From Candidatus Sumerlaeia bacterium (GTDB lineage: Bacteria; Sumerlaeota; Sumerlaeia; MVZB01), in the NCBI GenBank assembly GCA_039683515.1, contig JBDKRG010000040.1, positions 1,751 through 65,750 of the forward strand: a stretch of DNA of 64,000 nt, written 5' to 3'. Within the stretch, counting starts at the first letter, position 1. The number at the start of each line of letters is the position of its first letter. Made by a program: the position numbers and the translations under genes. The notes beneath the pieces were generated by a model that was given only the letters and a program-made list of their open reading frames with translations, searched no databases and was not told the origin of the DNA. Shown in pieces: positions 28,185-39,555 of the stretch.

Positions 28185-28340
28185 AGTCCTGAGTCCTGCG
28201 TCCTGAGTCCTGAGTAAAAATATGTCCAGCACTCAGGACTCAGCACTCAGGACTCAGCACTCAGGACTCAGCACTCAGGACTCAGCACTCAGCACTCAGG
28301 ACTCACCACTCACCACTCAGCACTCAGGACTCAGGACTCT
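28185..28340. repeat. Heptamer array: (agtcctg)4, spacer, (sactcag)~16, forming an inverted-repeat hairpin and ending at the rnj start codon
   Basis: tcctgagtcctgcgtcctgagtcctgagt aaaaatatgtccag cactcaggactcagcactcagg...gactcaggactcttcATG. Confidence 0.9.
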
Positions 28341-28342
28341 TC

Positions 28343-30067
<1,725 letters not shown>

Positions 30068-30082
30068 TGTAATTCGGAAGTC

Positions 30083-30103
30083 CCGCCTTCAGGCGGGACA
30101 TCT
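30083..30103. terminator. Terminator-like hairpin shared by convergent rnj and the small minus-strand ORF
   Basis: gtcccgccttcaggcgggac. The same 17-nt core (tcccgccttcaggcgg) heads both copies of the 164-bp tandem repeat at 6762 and 6926. Confidence 0.5.
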
Positions 30104-30429
30104 CAGGCGTGGCGGATCGCCCAGGCGATCCACAGCGGCGATGAGTAGAGCAAGGCCGCATAGAATATCCAGCCGCTGCCGCGCTCGCGACGAAATCCCG
30201 CAATCGCCATTCGCAAGATAACCAACCCATCGAATATGATTGCGACGCGCATCCGGGCTTCTCCAATCTGGCAGAGACACGGGAGAAAGAGGCCTTGCAT
30301 CAAGAACGCAATGACCAGCGCGCATACTAGCCACCGAAAATTCCAGCCGGCCGCCTCCGCCGCGGAATGCCCCGCCGTATCAGTCGTAAATTTGTTCAGC
30401 AATGTCAGCAAATGAACGCTCCGTCGCAA
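30103..30429 (-). CDS. Hypothetical small membrane protein (108 aa)
   Basis: Three predicted hydrophobic helices. Lower local GC (~55%). Ends at the shared hairpin. No homology recognised. Confidence 0.35.
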   Translation of the reverse strand: MRRSVHLLTLLNKFTTDTAGHSAAEAAGWNFRWLVCALVIAFLMQGLFLPCLCQIGEARMRVAIIFDGLVILRMAIAGFRRERGSGWIFYAALLYSSPLWIAWAIRHA

Positions 30430-30593
30430 TCGATCTTAACTCGAGCAACCGGGCAATTTCAATTCGGACGGGCACTCAGGACTCAGGACTCGGCACTCAG
30501 GACTGTATTGACTCCCCCGCCGTTTTTAAGTCAAAATAGATTCGGCACGCCTTGATTTCCCTCTGCCACCAGCCATCCAGAAGGGCCCGGTCC

Positions 30594-31589
30594 ATGAACG
30601 AAGACGTCTTCCGCAAGATCCACAAGGTCGTGATCGCCGGCTCCGGCCCGGCGGGCCTGACCGCCGCCATTTACGCCGCCCGCGCCGACCTCGAGCCGAT
30701 CCTGCTCGAGGGCTCGCAGCCCGGCGGCCAGCTCACGATCACCACCGAAGTCGAGAATTTCCCCGGCTTTTCCGACGCCGTCATGGGCCCGGACCTGGTC
30801 GACTCGATCCGCCGCCAGGCGCTGCGGTTCGGCACGGTCATCCTGCCGCGCGACATCCAGCGCGTCGACCTCTCCGAGCGGCCGTTCCGGCTGCAGCTGG
30901 ACGAGGGCCATGTGCTCCGCACGCACACGCTGATCATCGCCACCGGCGCCCGCGCCCGGCTGCTCGGGCTGCCGTCCGAAAAGGCGCTCATGGGCCACGG
31001 CGTCTCGGCGTGCGCCACCTGCGACGGCTTCTTCTTCCGCGGCAAGAAGGTCCTCGTCATCGGCGGCGGCGACTCGGCCGTCGAGGAAGCCAACTTCCTG
31101 ACCAAGTTCGCCTCGAGCGTGACGATCGTCCACCGCCGCGACGAGCTGCGCGCCAGCAAGATCATGCAGCAGCGCGCCCTCGAAAACCCCAAGATCGACT
31201 TCCTGTGGAACTCCACGATCGTCGAATTCCTCGGCGTCGAGGAGAAGAAACTGCGGGCCGTCAAGGTTCAGAACACCGTCACCGGCGAGGAAAGCGAAGT
31301 GGCGTGCGACGGCGCGTTCATCGCCATCGGCCACACCCCGAACACCGCGTTCCTCGACGGCCAGATCAAGCTCGACCCCTCCGGCAACATCCTCGTCAAG
31401 GACCCGCGCACCGAGACCTCGGTCGAGGGCGTGTTCGCCGCGGGCGACGTCGCCGACCGCATCTATCGCCAGGCGATCACCGCCGCCGGCACCGGCTGCC
31501 GCGCCGCGATCGACGCCGAGCGCTACCTGCGGGACAAGAAGGACGAGCTGGAGGCCATCGACAAGGCCTTCGCCGCCCAAACGCGCTAG
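30594..31589 (+). CDS. trxB: Thioredoxin-disulfide reductase
   Basis: FAD motif VVIAGSGPAGLTAAIYAAR, redox-active CATCDG, NADPH motif VIGGGDSAVEEA. Confidence 0.95.
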   Translation: MNEDVFRKIHKVVIAGSGPAGLTAAIYAARADLEPILLEGSQPGGQLTITTEVENFPGFSDAVMGPDLVDSIRRQALRFGTVILPRDIQRVDLSERPFRLQLDEGHVLRTHTLIIATGARARLLGLPSEKALMGHGVSACATCDGFFFRGKKVLVIGGGDSAVEEANFLTKFASSVTIVHRRDELRASKIMQQRALENPKIDFLWNSTIVEFLGVEEKKLRAVKVQNTVTGEESEVACDGAFIAIGHTPNTAFLDGQIKLDPSGNILVKDPRTETSVEGVFAAGDVADRIYRQAITAAGTGCRAAIDAERYLRDKKDELEAIDKAFAAQTR

Positions 31590-31631
31590 GCATGCAGTAG
31601 CCCGAGCGTCAGCAAGGGATTCGACCGGTCA

Positions 31632-31672
31632 CCAACACAAACGCCGCTCCCCGCGAGCGGCGTTTGTGTTGG
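31632..31672. terminator. Bidirectional terminator hairpin between convergent trxB and the ABC exporter gene
   Basis: ccaacacaaacgccgctc..gagcggcgtttgtgttgg (18-bp stem) followed by an AT-rich tract. Confidence 0.65.
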
Positions 31673-31686
31673 GTCAATACGATATT

Positions 31687-33738
31687 TTATTCGGGCTGGT
31701 TTTCGGCGGTCGGTTGTGCGGTTTCCTCGGCCGGCCGCGCCGGCGGAGCGGGATGGTGTTCCTTCACGCTGTGGTCGGGCTTGAACTTGAACACCCGGTC
31801 GAAGCGGTCCAGGTACGAGTGCTCGTGCGTGATGTAGATGATCGTGACCCCCTGCCCGCGCAGCCGCCACACCGAATCCAGGAATTCGCTCAATGTCTCG
31901 CGATCGAGCCCCGTCGTCGGCTCGTCGAGGATCAGGATCGACGGCTTGCGCACGAACGCCCGCGCAAGCATCACCTTCTGGCGCTCGCCGCCCGACAGCA
32001 GCCGCCCGTTCTCGCCGATCAGCGTGTCGTAGCCGGCCGGCAGCTTCTGGATGAACCCGTCGGCTCCGGCCTGCCGCGCCGCTTCGCGGATCGCCTCGGA
32101 ATCGACCCCCTCCAGGCCGAACGCGATGTTTTCGGCCACGCTGCGGTTGAACAGGACCGGGTGCTGCGTGATCAGGCAGATCTGCCGCGCGAGCGATTCG
32201 AGCCGGATCTTCTTGAGGTGCGTCATCCCGATCCAGATCCGGCCCTTGGTCGGATCGTATAGCCGGCACAGCAGCTTCATGATCGACGACTTGCCCGCGC
32301 CGTTGGGCCCGATGATCGCCACCGACTCGCCGCGGTTGATCGTCAGGGTGGTCCGCTTGAGCGCCTCGCGCTCGGCCGGCGGCTTGTTGCGCCGATAGAC
32401 CGTGTATCTCAGCTCCACGCGCTCGAACCAGATGCGGTCCCAGTCGGCCGGGAAGTCGACCGCCTCGGCGGCGTCGCGGATCTCGGGAACGCGGTCGACC
32501 AGATCGAAGACCCGCTTGGCCAGCGCCCGCGCCCGGTGCATGTTGACGTCCATGCGCATGACGGTCGTCATCGGCTTGTAGAAGCGCTGCAGCGCAAGCA
32601 GGAACAGCGGCAGCGTCACGCTCATCGTGGTCATTTTGCCGGCGAACAGGTACAGCGCCAGCACGAACACCAGCAGCAGCGTGATCATGTTGAGCAGGTC
32701 GACCATCGGCGCCACGAGCGACTGCGCCGCGCGCCGCGACCGCGACGACGCCACGTAGGCCGCCACGGCCGGCTTGAGGAACTCCTCCTCCTTGCGCTCG
32801 GCGTTGAAGCTCTTGATCGCGAGGATCCCGTTGAGCCCCTGCGTCATGATGTCCATGACCATCGATTCCTCGCCGAGCTCGCCGCGCAGCGACCGCCGCA
32901 TCCAGCGCGTCACCAGCATCGTCGGCACGATCACGATCGGCATCAGCGTCAGCAGCAGCAGCGACAGGTAGAGGTTGATCGCCAGCAGCGTCCCGAACAG
33001 GATCAGCATCGTGATCGGCAGGATGATGCGCGTCGAGGCCAGCATCTTGATCAGCGGCTGCATGTTGAACACTTCGCGGTAACACAGGTTCAGCAGCGTG
33101 CCGGTCGGCGTGCGGTCGAAGAACGCCATCTCCTGGCGCAGCACGTTGCCGTAGACGCGGTTCATCAGGTCCGACGTGACGTTGATGCTGACCCGCGCCA
33201 TCAGGTAATCGCCCGCGAACTGGATCAGCCCCTTGATCAGGAACAGCGAGATCAGGAACACGGAATAAATCGTGTAAAACCGCGCCGGCGACTGCTTCAT
33301 CCAGCCGTCGAACGCCTTCCATTCGGCCTGCGCCTTGTGGATCGTCCCCGCCGTCCACTCGTTCTTCTCCAGCGTCTCGAGCGTCCCGGAATGATGGTTT
33401 TTCCCGGCCGGCGCCGGCTCCCCGGCCTGAACCGCGGCCGAATTGCCGATGGCGTAATTCATCAGCGGCAGCAGGGCCACCAGGCCCGCGCCCGTGAACA
33501 TCTGCGAGACCGCCAGGCAGATGTTGGCCAGCAGGATCGCCCGGCGATACGGCTTGAGCAGCCCCATCAGCCGCCACAGCGAGCTGTCCTGAAGCGAAAA
33601 TCTTTTCTTGAAGAATGCGAGGAGCGGGCTCGGCGGAGGCCCCTGCGGCTCGTTCGGCTCCGCTTTCGAGCTGAAATCGACATCCAACGAATCCTGGCGT
33701 GGCGGGGGGGTGGGGTTGTTTGAATTCGGTTCCGACAT
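31687..33738 (-). CDS. ABC exporter, fused permease-ATPase (MsbA/multidrug-exporter type) with a ~110-aa N-terminal extension
   Basis: Six-TM domain, then Walker A GPNGAGKS, ABC signature LSGGERQ, Walker B ILILDEPT and an H-loop. Start placed at MSEPNSNN (complement of 33736-33738). Confidence 0.9.
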   Translation of the reverse strand: MSEPNSNNPTPPPRQDSLDVDFSSKAEPNEPQGPPPSPLLAFFKKRFSLQDSSLWRLMGLLKPYRRAILLANICLAVSQMFTGAGLVALLPLMNYAIGNSAAVQAGEPAPAGKNHHSGTLETLEKNEWTAGTIHKAQAEWKAFDGWMKQSPARFYTIYSVFLISLFLIKGLIQFAGDYLMARVSINVTSDLMNRVYGNVLRQEMAFFDRTPTGTLLNLCYREVFNMQPLIKMLASTRIILPITMLILFGTLLAINLYLSLLLLTLMPIVIVPTMLVTRWMRRSLRGELGEESMVMDIMTQGLNGILAIKSFNAERKEEEFLKPAVAAYVASSRSRRAAQSLVAPMVDLLNMITLLLVFVLALYLFAGKMTTMSVTLPLFLLALQRFYKPMTTVMRMDVNMHRARALAKRVFDLVDRVPEIRDAAEAVDFPADWDRIWFERVELRYTVYRRNKPPAEREALKRTTLTINRGESVAIIGPNGAGKSSIMKLLCRLYDPTKGRIWIGMTHLKKIRLESLARQICLITQHPVLFNRSVAENIAFGLEGVDSEAIREAARQAGADGFIQKLPAGYDTLIGENGRLLSGGERQKVMLARAFVRKPSILILDEPTTGLDRETLSEFLDSVWRLRGQGVTIIYITHEHSYLDRFDRVFKFKPDHSVKEHHPAPPARPAEETAQPTAENQPE

Positions 33739-33912
33739 GCTCACGGGCCGCTCCAGAACAATCACTTTATGCTTTCCCGCAAATACTCCGCAAATGAAAA
33801 CGGCCGGGGCCAAGCCGCCGGGTTTCATGGCGCATCCGATGCGATCCGGATCTAATCGGGTTGTCAAATATCTTGAATAATATATACTTTCGCCGGGTGG
33901 CTGGAGTGGTTT

Positions 33913-35034
33913 GTGGTCATCGCAATAGGTTATATCAAAAAACACGCCGGGCGTTTTCGCCGCCTCGTGCGCGCCGGCAGGCCTTTCGCCCCACTTTACG
34001 TCAAATGCAAAGTGATCTGGGGATGCAATTTGCGTTGCGCAATGTGCAACCACTGGCGTAGCCGCTCTGAGCCGCCGCTTCCGACTGAACGTATTCTCAC
34101 ATTGCTCGATGAACTGGCCCAACTGGGTTGCAAGCGCATTAAATTCAGCGGCGGTGAACCGCTGCTGCACCCCGACCTCCCCGAACTCGTGCGCCACGCA
34201 ACTTCGCGCGGCATTTTTGTCAGCCTGGCCACGAACGGCACGTTGATGACGCACGACCTGGCAAAAATACTCGTCCAGAGCGGACTACAAACCGTCACGA
34301 CCTCCATCGACGCCCCGGAGGCGTCCCTGCACGACACAATACGCAGTGTCGACGGGGCGTTTGATGACACGGTCCGCGGCGTGCGCGAACTGACACGCCC
34401 CAAATTCCACCGCATCGTTCACGTCAATACGGTGGTTTGCGCGGAAAACTACGAATCGCTGATTGCCATGCCCAGGCTCGTTGGAAATATCGGCGCCAGT
34501 TCGCTCAAGTTGATCGCGGTTCAGGAAGTCGCCGGCGGACTGAAACGACTCGGCATCGAACAGATCAGCGACTATAACGCGCGTATCGCTCCCCGGATAG
34601 CCAGGCGGGCTCTCGCGCTTGGTCTTTTCAAACACCCGCGCGAGGCATATATCTTCGGCCCGACCCACGAGGAGAAACCTCAATGCATGCAATCCGGCGA
34701 AAAGGAAACCGAAAGCCTTTACAGCCGGATTCGCTGTTTCGCGCCCTTCACCCACGCCATGATCGAGCACGACGGAACCGTGAAGGTGTGCTGCATGCTC
34801 AGGCGCAAAGCGGTCATGGGTGATCTCAAAACCCAAAGCTTTCGCCAGATCTGGGAGTGTGACGAATATCGCCGACTGCGAGAATCCGAACGGCTCCCGA
34901 TTCACCGGCGCTGTCTTTCGTGCCGCGATTTTATTGAAACCAACAGAAAGCTGGCGCGCCTCTACGCAACGGATGAGCAACCGTCACGAATCGGCGGCCT
35001 CTACAGCCGAATCGCCGATTTCTTCCGGCAATAG
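33913..35034 (+). CDS. Radical SAM enzyme with a C-terminal SPASM domain
   Basis: CNLRCAMCNHW (Cx3Cx2C) and a C-terminal Cys cluster (CFAPF...VCCM...CLSC) typical of SPASM/twitch maturases. Substrate unknown. Confidence 0.8.
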   Translation: MVIAIGYIKKHAGRFRRLVRAGRPFAPLYVKCKVIWGCNLRCAMCNHWRSRSEPPLPTERILTLLDELAQLGCKRIKFSGGEPLLHPDLPELVRHATSRGIFVSLATNGTLMTHDLAKILVQSGLQTVTTSIDAPEASLHDTIRSVDGAFDDTVRGVRELTRPKFHRIVHVNTVVCAENYESLIAMPRLVGNIGASSLKLIAVQEVAGGLKRLGIEQISDYNARIAPRIARRALALGLFKHPREAYIFGPTHEEKPQCMQSGEKETESLYSRIRCFAPFTHAMIEHDGTVKVCCMLRRKAVMGDLKTQSFRQIWECDEYRRLRESERLPIHRRCLSCRDFIETNRKLARLYATDEQPSRIGGLYSRIADFFRQ

Positions 35035-35042
35035 CAGCCCGG

Positions 35043-35444
35043 CTATTCAGCCTGGCGCAGACTGACCGTCAGCGTCCGGATCGGCGCGCCGCCGGGCTCG
35101 TTCGAGATCCCGCCTTCGACCGCGAAAAGCGGGACACCCTCGACCATGTAGCCCCCCTTGCGGGCGGTCAACTGGGCCGAACCCTTCGCGTCTCCCCAGA
35201 ATCCCCGCCCGAACGGCACGTAGACCTTCAGCGGGGCCGATCCGACCACCTGGCCGTTGATCCTGATCTCGGCCCCCGTCGGGATGCTCTCGACCTGCAA
35301 CGGGACGTATGTGTAATTCTTGCTCATCGGGGCCGAGACACCGACTCCGATCGGCGTATATGGGATTCCGATCCCCACCGAGCCCCATGAACCGCATCCG
35401 GTCAACATCAACATCGCCAGCAATGTGCAAATCCACCTCTCCAT
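35043..35444 (-). CDS. PEGA-domain lipoprotein
   Basis: Start MERWICTLLAMLMLTGCGS with lipobox LTGC. The IPTGAEIRINGQVVGSAPL segment resembles the PEGA motif. The upstream region on the minus strand carries the (gattac)n(gagcac)n repeat. Confidence 0.6.
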   Translation of the reverse strand: MERWICTLLAMLMLTGCGSWGSVGIGIPYTPIGVGVSAPMSKNYTYVPLQVESIPTGAEIRINGQVVGSAPLKVYVPFGRGFWGDAKGSAQLTARKGGYMVEGVPLFAVEGGISNEPGGAPIRTLTVSLRQAE

Positions 35445-35656
35445 AAGCTCACCTCCCGAGAGATTATCCCCGCGCACCGTAATCGTGCTCGTGCTCGTGC
35501 TCGTAATCGTAATCGTAATCGTAATCGTGAGATTTCCCCACCATGATGCGCCCGGCATTCACTCCGGGGCAAGCCAAAATGCACCCCAATGCGCCCCAAA
35601 AAGAAATCGCCTCCAGCCATGCTGAAGGCGAACTCACAAACGGGTGACACTCGAAA

Positions 35657-36526
35657 TTATTTCCGGCGCAGGCGGACCATCATGCCGAGGCCCAGTGCGG
35701 CCAGGGCCAGCGTGCCGGGCTCGGGAATGATCGGCACCTCGGGGACCCTCGGGAACGGCACGCCGCCGGGTATGTCGCCGCCCTCATCGGGTGGGCTCGG
35801 GAACGAGCCGCTCAGCTTCAGGTCGGGGTATTTCGGCCCGGGCGGATTGTCATCGTCGTCGTCATCGTCATCGTTGTCGCCGCCCCAAAACATTCCCATC
35901 CCCTTGTAGCCGGGGCTGAGGACCGGCGGCTGAACCTGGTAGCCTTCGATCGCGTTCTTGAGCAGGAACAGGTTCGGGCTGCCCCCGGTTTTTCCGTAGG
36001 CGTTGTAGACCTTGAGTTCGAAGTTATAGAGTCCGCAGCCGTGGTCGTAGAAGAACCTGTCGGCGACCCCGCCCTCGTCGAACAGCGTCGCTTCGCCGCC
36101 GGGGGTGCTGCGGGCGACATCCGGCGTCAGGTGCTTCTGGCCGAAGATCACCGCCTGCGGGCCGTAAGAGCGTCCGTCGGCGTCGTTCTGGTCCATGACG
36201 TATTCGGGGCTGCGCGCCCCGTCCGGCGCGATCACGGTCAACACGGCGTAATCGTTCAGGCCGATGTTGCCGGCGTCGGGCCGATCGATCAGCGGTTGCT
36301 GCTCGATTTCCTGGGGTTCGCGGTACTGGCTCCACGCGATCCAGTTCGTCTTGAGCGGGTCGACCCACATGTGGAACTGGAGCGTGGCGTTCAGGCCGAT
36401 GGTGGCGGTCGTGAGCCGGTTGTCCTGCTTGGCGAGTTTCAGGATCTGCTCGTCATTGGCGAACGCCGGAGCGGACACCGCAAGCATCGCGAAAACATAG
36501 AGCGTTTTGAGCAAGAGCGTTCTCAT
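35657..36526 (-). CDS. PEP-CTERM sorting-domain secreted protein
   Basis: Signal peptide MRTLLLKTLYVFAMLAVSAPAFA. The C-terminus PEPGTLALAALGLGMMVRLRRK has the PEP motif, a TM helix and a basic tail. Internal poly-Asp (D10) tract. Confidence 0.85.
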   Translation of the reverse strand: MRTLLLKTLYVFAMLAVSAPAFANDEQILKLAKQDNRLTTATIGLNATLQFHMWVDPLKTNWIAWSQYREPQEIEQQPLIDRPDAGNIGLNDYAVLTVIAPDGARSPEYVMDQNDADGRSYGPQAVIFGQKHLTPDVARSTPGGEATLFDEGGVADRFFYDHGCGLYNFELKVYNAYGKTGGSPNLFLLKNAIEGYQVQPPVLSPGYKGMGMFWGGDNDDDDDDDDNPPGPKYPDLKLSGSFPSPPDEGGDIPGGVPFPRVPEVPIIPEPGTLALAALGLGMMVRLRRK

Positions 36527-36702
36527 GGCGCACCTTGGTTCATTCTTACGGCAAGAACATGAGCCAATCTCATGCCTAGCCCAAAATTCCATTCGGGGCA
36601 CGCATTTTTCTTCACGGATCAATTGCCAATTCGTCAGATAACTACATTTATATCAACACTTCACACCCCATGACGCCGCGATTCAAAAAACCGCCGGATC
36701 CC

Positions 36703-36741
36703 AACAAAAAACCCTTTGCGGCCTCAAAAAGACGCAAAGGG
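36703..36741 (-). terminator. Rho-independent terminator for the minus-strand gene ending at 36778
   Basis: On the minus strand: ccctttgcg-loop-cgcaaaggg followed by ttttttgtt. Confidence 0.7.
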
Positions 36742-36777
36742 TTGCAGCAATTTCATGAAAAGTTTAAATGATTTGCA

Positions 36778-38028
36778 TCACTGGGTCAGCCGAAGCACCA
36801 CGGGCGTGATTTCGCGTTCATCATCGCCGTCCGGGCTCGTGGCGTGAACCGGGAAGACGAAGAACCCCTCCGGCAGCGCGAACCGCAGCGAGAAGCTCCC
36901 GTCCTCCTTCAGCTCGACCGGCTCGTTCTGCACGGTCAGCTTGGAACCGGGGACGGTCGCACCGTAAAGGATCAGCTCGGTCTGCACCTGGAGCCAGAAG
37001 CCCTTCTGTTTCTCGGCGCCCATCTGGCTGCCCGGCTGTCCCATCAGGCTGCCGGGCTGTGCCATCAGGCTCCCCGGCTGAAGCTGTTCGACCAGGGCGG
37101 AGACGGGCTGCATCAGGCTGCCCGGCTGCCCCGTCTGCATGATCGGCAGCGGCGACATGACCGGCAGTTCGAACGATTGCGCCCACTGCCGAATCGCCTC
37201 GCCCCCCTCGCCGAACGGCACGGTGGCGACCCCTTCCTGGATCGACATGACCAGCGGCGGCCCCTGCAGGACCACCATGTTGGAGCTGGTGATCGCCTTG
37301 AACCGGCCGTCGCGGCCGATGAAGCCGATCTCGGCGCGCCACGTGCGGCCGCTCGGCGGCACCTGGACCGTCCAGCGCTCGGTGCTGGCGACGACGATCT
37401 GGCAGCGGTAAACCTCGCTGGAGCCGTTCCCCCCCTCGCGGTCGTAAAGCCGCAGCAGGAGCGGGGGCGCGCCGCCGGCCTTGTCGAGGCCGTACTTCTC
37501 GCGGTCGGCCGTCGAGATCGACCAGAACGCGTGCAGCGTCTGGGGATCGCGCATCATCAGGACCAGCCGCGATTCGCCCTCGGCCTCCCGGGCGACGGCC
37601 GGCTTGGACTTTGTGGAAACCCTGGGATCGGCGGCGGCGACCGCGGCCGCCGGCGACGCTTCGGCGGCAGGCGTGGCCGACTGCTTGACGGCCGCCGCGG
37701 CCCGCGTGGCCGACGCGGTCTTGCCGCTCCTCGTCGTGACGGCCTTGCCGCCGACGACCTTCTTGCGGGGAAGCACCTTGGCCACCCGCTTGATCAGTCC
37801 GCCCACCAGCTTGCCGGCCTTGGATTCCTCAGCGGGCTTGGGGGGCTTTGCGGCCTTTTCGGGCTTTTCAGCCTTGGCGGCTTTCACGGTCCTCGTGGTT
37901 TTGGGGGTTGCGGGCTTGGCAGCCTTTTCCTTGCGTGCCGTGGCGACGCCGGCCTTGGCCTTCGTCACCTTCTTTTTCACGACTTGTTGCCTGGCTTCTT
38001 CCTGTTCGATCTTTTTCTTGGCTGCCAT
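36778..38028 (-). CDS. Protein with a Lys/Ala-rich histone-H1-like N-terminus and a conserved C-terminal domain (possibly DUF4912)
   Basis: MAAKKKIEQEEARQQVVKKKVTKAKAGVATARKEKAAKPATPK... then RLVLMMRDPQTLHAFWSI.. and a globular domain. The DUF4912 assignment is from memory only. Confidence 0.6.
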   Translation of the reverse strand: MAAKKKIEQEEARQQVVKKKVTKAKAGVATARKEKAAKPATPKTTRTVKAAKAEKPEKAAKPPKPAEESKAGKLVGGLIKRVAKVLPRKKVVGGKAVTTRSGKTASATRAAAAVKQSATPAAEASPAAAVAAADPRVSTKSKPAVAREAEGESRLVLMMRDPQTLHAFWSISTADREKYGLDKAGGAPPLLLRLYDREGGNGSSEVYRCQIVVASTERWTVQVPPSGRTWRAEIGFIGRDGRFKAITSSNMVVLQGPPLVMSIQEGVATVPFGEGGEAIRQWAQSFELPVMSPLPIMQTGQPGSLMQPVSALVEQLQPGSLMAQPGSLMGQPGSQMGAEKQKGFWLQVQTELILYGATVPGSKLTVQNEPVELKEDGSFSLRFALPEGFFVFPVHATSPDGDDEREITPVVLRLTQ

Positions 38029-38323
38029 TTTGCATGTTCTCCGGGACTGCGGCCGCCCCGGCCGCGTTGTGATATCCGAACGCCGTGTGGACGTGTTTTC
38101 ACACTGAAAGTTTCGACTCAACCCTTCTCGCCACGATGACCGATTCTATGATGATAGCATACCCAACATTATGACCCCAAAGACTGATTGAAAAGCAAGA
38201 ATAAGTGACGCCGCATCGCGGAAAGCGGCAACGATGCATGTTTGCGAAGCGCATGCGGGCCGGATTCCACGCGTTGAGGATCCGATCGCCCCCGCATCGC
38301 GCCGAAATTGATTGTATTCGATT

Positions 38324-38707
38324 TTATGCTTCGGCCAGCTGCTGCCACGGCATGGCGGCGGCGTCGCCCCACAGCGCCTCGAGGTCGTAATACGCGCGCG
38401 CCTCGGCGTCCAAGATGTGCACGATGACGTCGCCATAGTCGATCAGCATCCAGCGCGCGTCGGCCGGCTCGTCACCGCTGATCGGCCTGAGCCCCTCCTC
38501 GCGCAGCTTCTCGGTGATGTTGCGCGAGATCGCCTGCATCTGCGTGCGCGAGCGCGCCGTGACGATCACAAACGCGTCGGCAAAATCGCAGACGCCGCGC
38601 ATGTCGAGCACGACAATGTTTTCGCCCTTGATCTCGTCGGCCAACTGGGCAATCCGTCCCACGCGGCCTTCCAGGGTCTCTAATCTCGGGCTGAGCGGTT
38701 TCACCAA
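38324..38707 (-). CDS. rsfS: Ribosomal silencing factor RsfS (Iojap/DUF143)
   Basis: IVVLDMRGVCDFADAFVIVTARSRTQMQAI...WMLIDYGDVIVHIL is the canonical RsfS pattern. Confidence 0.9.
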   Translation of the reverse strand: MVKPLSPRLETLEGRVGRIAQLADEIKGENIVVLDMRGVCDFADAFVIVTARSRTQMQAISRNITEKLREEGLRPISGDEPADARWMLIDYGDVIVHILDAEARAYYDLEALWGDAAAMPWQQLAEA

Positions 38708-38779
38708 AATGCGGCCTCCTTTTTTATTTAGGACTGAGTACTGAGTATTAATCGCTTAAATTCACTCAATCCTCAGTCC

Positions 38780-39427
38780 TCATGACTTACCTTGCGCCAC
38801 CGGCTCGGCAGTCGGTTCCAAGCCCAGCGCCTGCATCCCTTCGGTCCCGACCCAGGCCTTCAACGCGCGGATCGACCGCGGGTGAAGCCGGGCGTGCTGG
38901 TCCTCGATCATGTAGCGGATCTTGTGGACCAGCGCCTTGCGGAATCCCTCGTCCAGGTCCGCCTTTGCAATCGCCATAAGCCGCCCGGCCGCGGCGTTGC
39001 GGCGGCCGGGCTCGCATACATCCGCGATATAAAGCGCGCGGGTGAGCGGACCGATCTCGGCGTCGGTCGTCGAATGCAGCGCCGTCGCCTCGAGCACCGC
39101 CTCGTCGCGGATCCCCAGGTCGTGCCGGGCCCACGCCGCCGCGTGCAGCCCGTGCCAGACGCGCGGGAACTCGCGGTCGATCCCGTCCAGCGGCTCGCCG
39201 TAGCGGTTCAGGTCGTGTTCGATTTTCTCGGGTGTCAGTTCCTTGGACTGGTCGTGGACGAGGGCGGCCATGACGGCCGCTTCGCGGTCGAGCTTGTGGA
39301 TTTCGGCGAGGATGGTGATGACGTGCGTGACGCCGATGACGTGCATCAGACGCCTCTCGGACATCCGGGTGCGCGCCCGGTCGAGCAGGGTTTGAATCAG
39401 TTGCTCGTGGGAAGCTGTCAGAATCAT
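38780..39427 (-). CDS. HD-domain hydrolase, YqeK-type (bis(5'-nucleosyl)-tetraphosphatase family)
   Basis: HD motif (HVIGVTHV...HDQSKE). Linked to rsfS, as is typical of nadD-yqeK-rsfS neighbourhoods. Start at MILTASHEQ. Confidence 0.8.
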   Translation of the reverse strand: MILTASHEQLIQTLLDRARTRMSERRLMHVIGVTHVITILAEIHKLDREAAVMAALVHDQSKELTPEKIEHDLNRYGEPLDGIDREFPRVWHGLHAAAWARHDLGIRDEAVLEATALHSTTDAEIGPLTRALYIADVCEPGRRNAAAGRLMAIAKADLDEGFRKALVHKIRYMIEDQHARLHPRSIRALKAWVGTEGMQALGLEPTAEPVAQGKS

Positions 39428-39555
39428 CTTCGAGCGGCCCCTGCGGGAGCCGAAACCGAATCTCCTTAAACCGCCGTTTTCGCCCCGCGTCCAGCCGCGG
39501 CGCATGGTTTCACTATAGCCGTTTACGTATTCCCAAACAAGCCATGATCACAATT

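Noticed and set aside
24351-28246. 601-aa and 633-aa minus-strand ORFs
   Set aside because: Antisense shadows of the + strand genes (secreted protein, GNAT, receiver-domain protein), with low-complexity translations.
28185-28340. Tandem-repeat arrays as possible CRISPR loci (here and at 39556-39650, 53066-53133, 26096-26215)
   Set aside because: Units are 6-9 bp with no unique spacers between repeats, and no cas genes are nearby. These are microsatellite-type short tandem repeats, not CRISPR.
33608-33880. 90-aa + ORF spanning the ABC exporter start
   Set aside because: Most of it overlaps the ABC exporter N-terminus in antisense. Only its last 28 codons (33784-33870) are intergenic; these are kept as a speculative small ORF in the findings.
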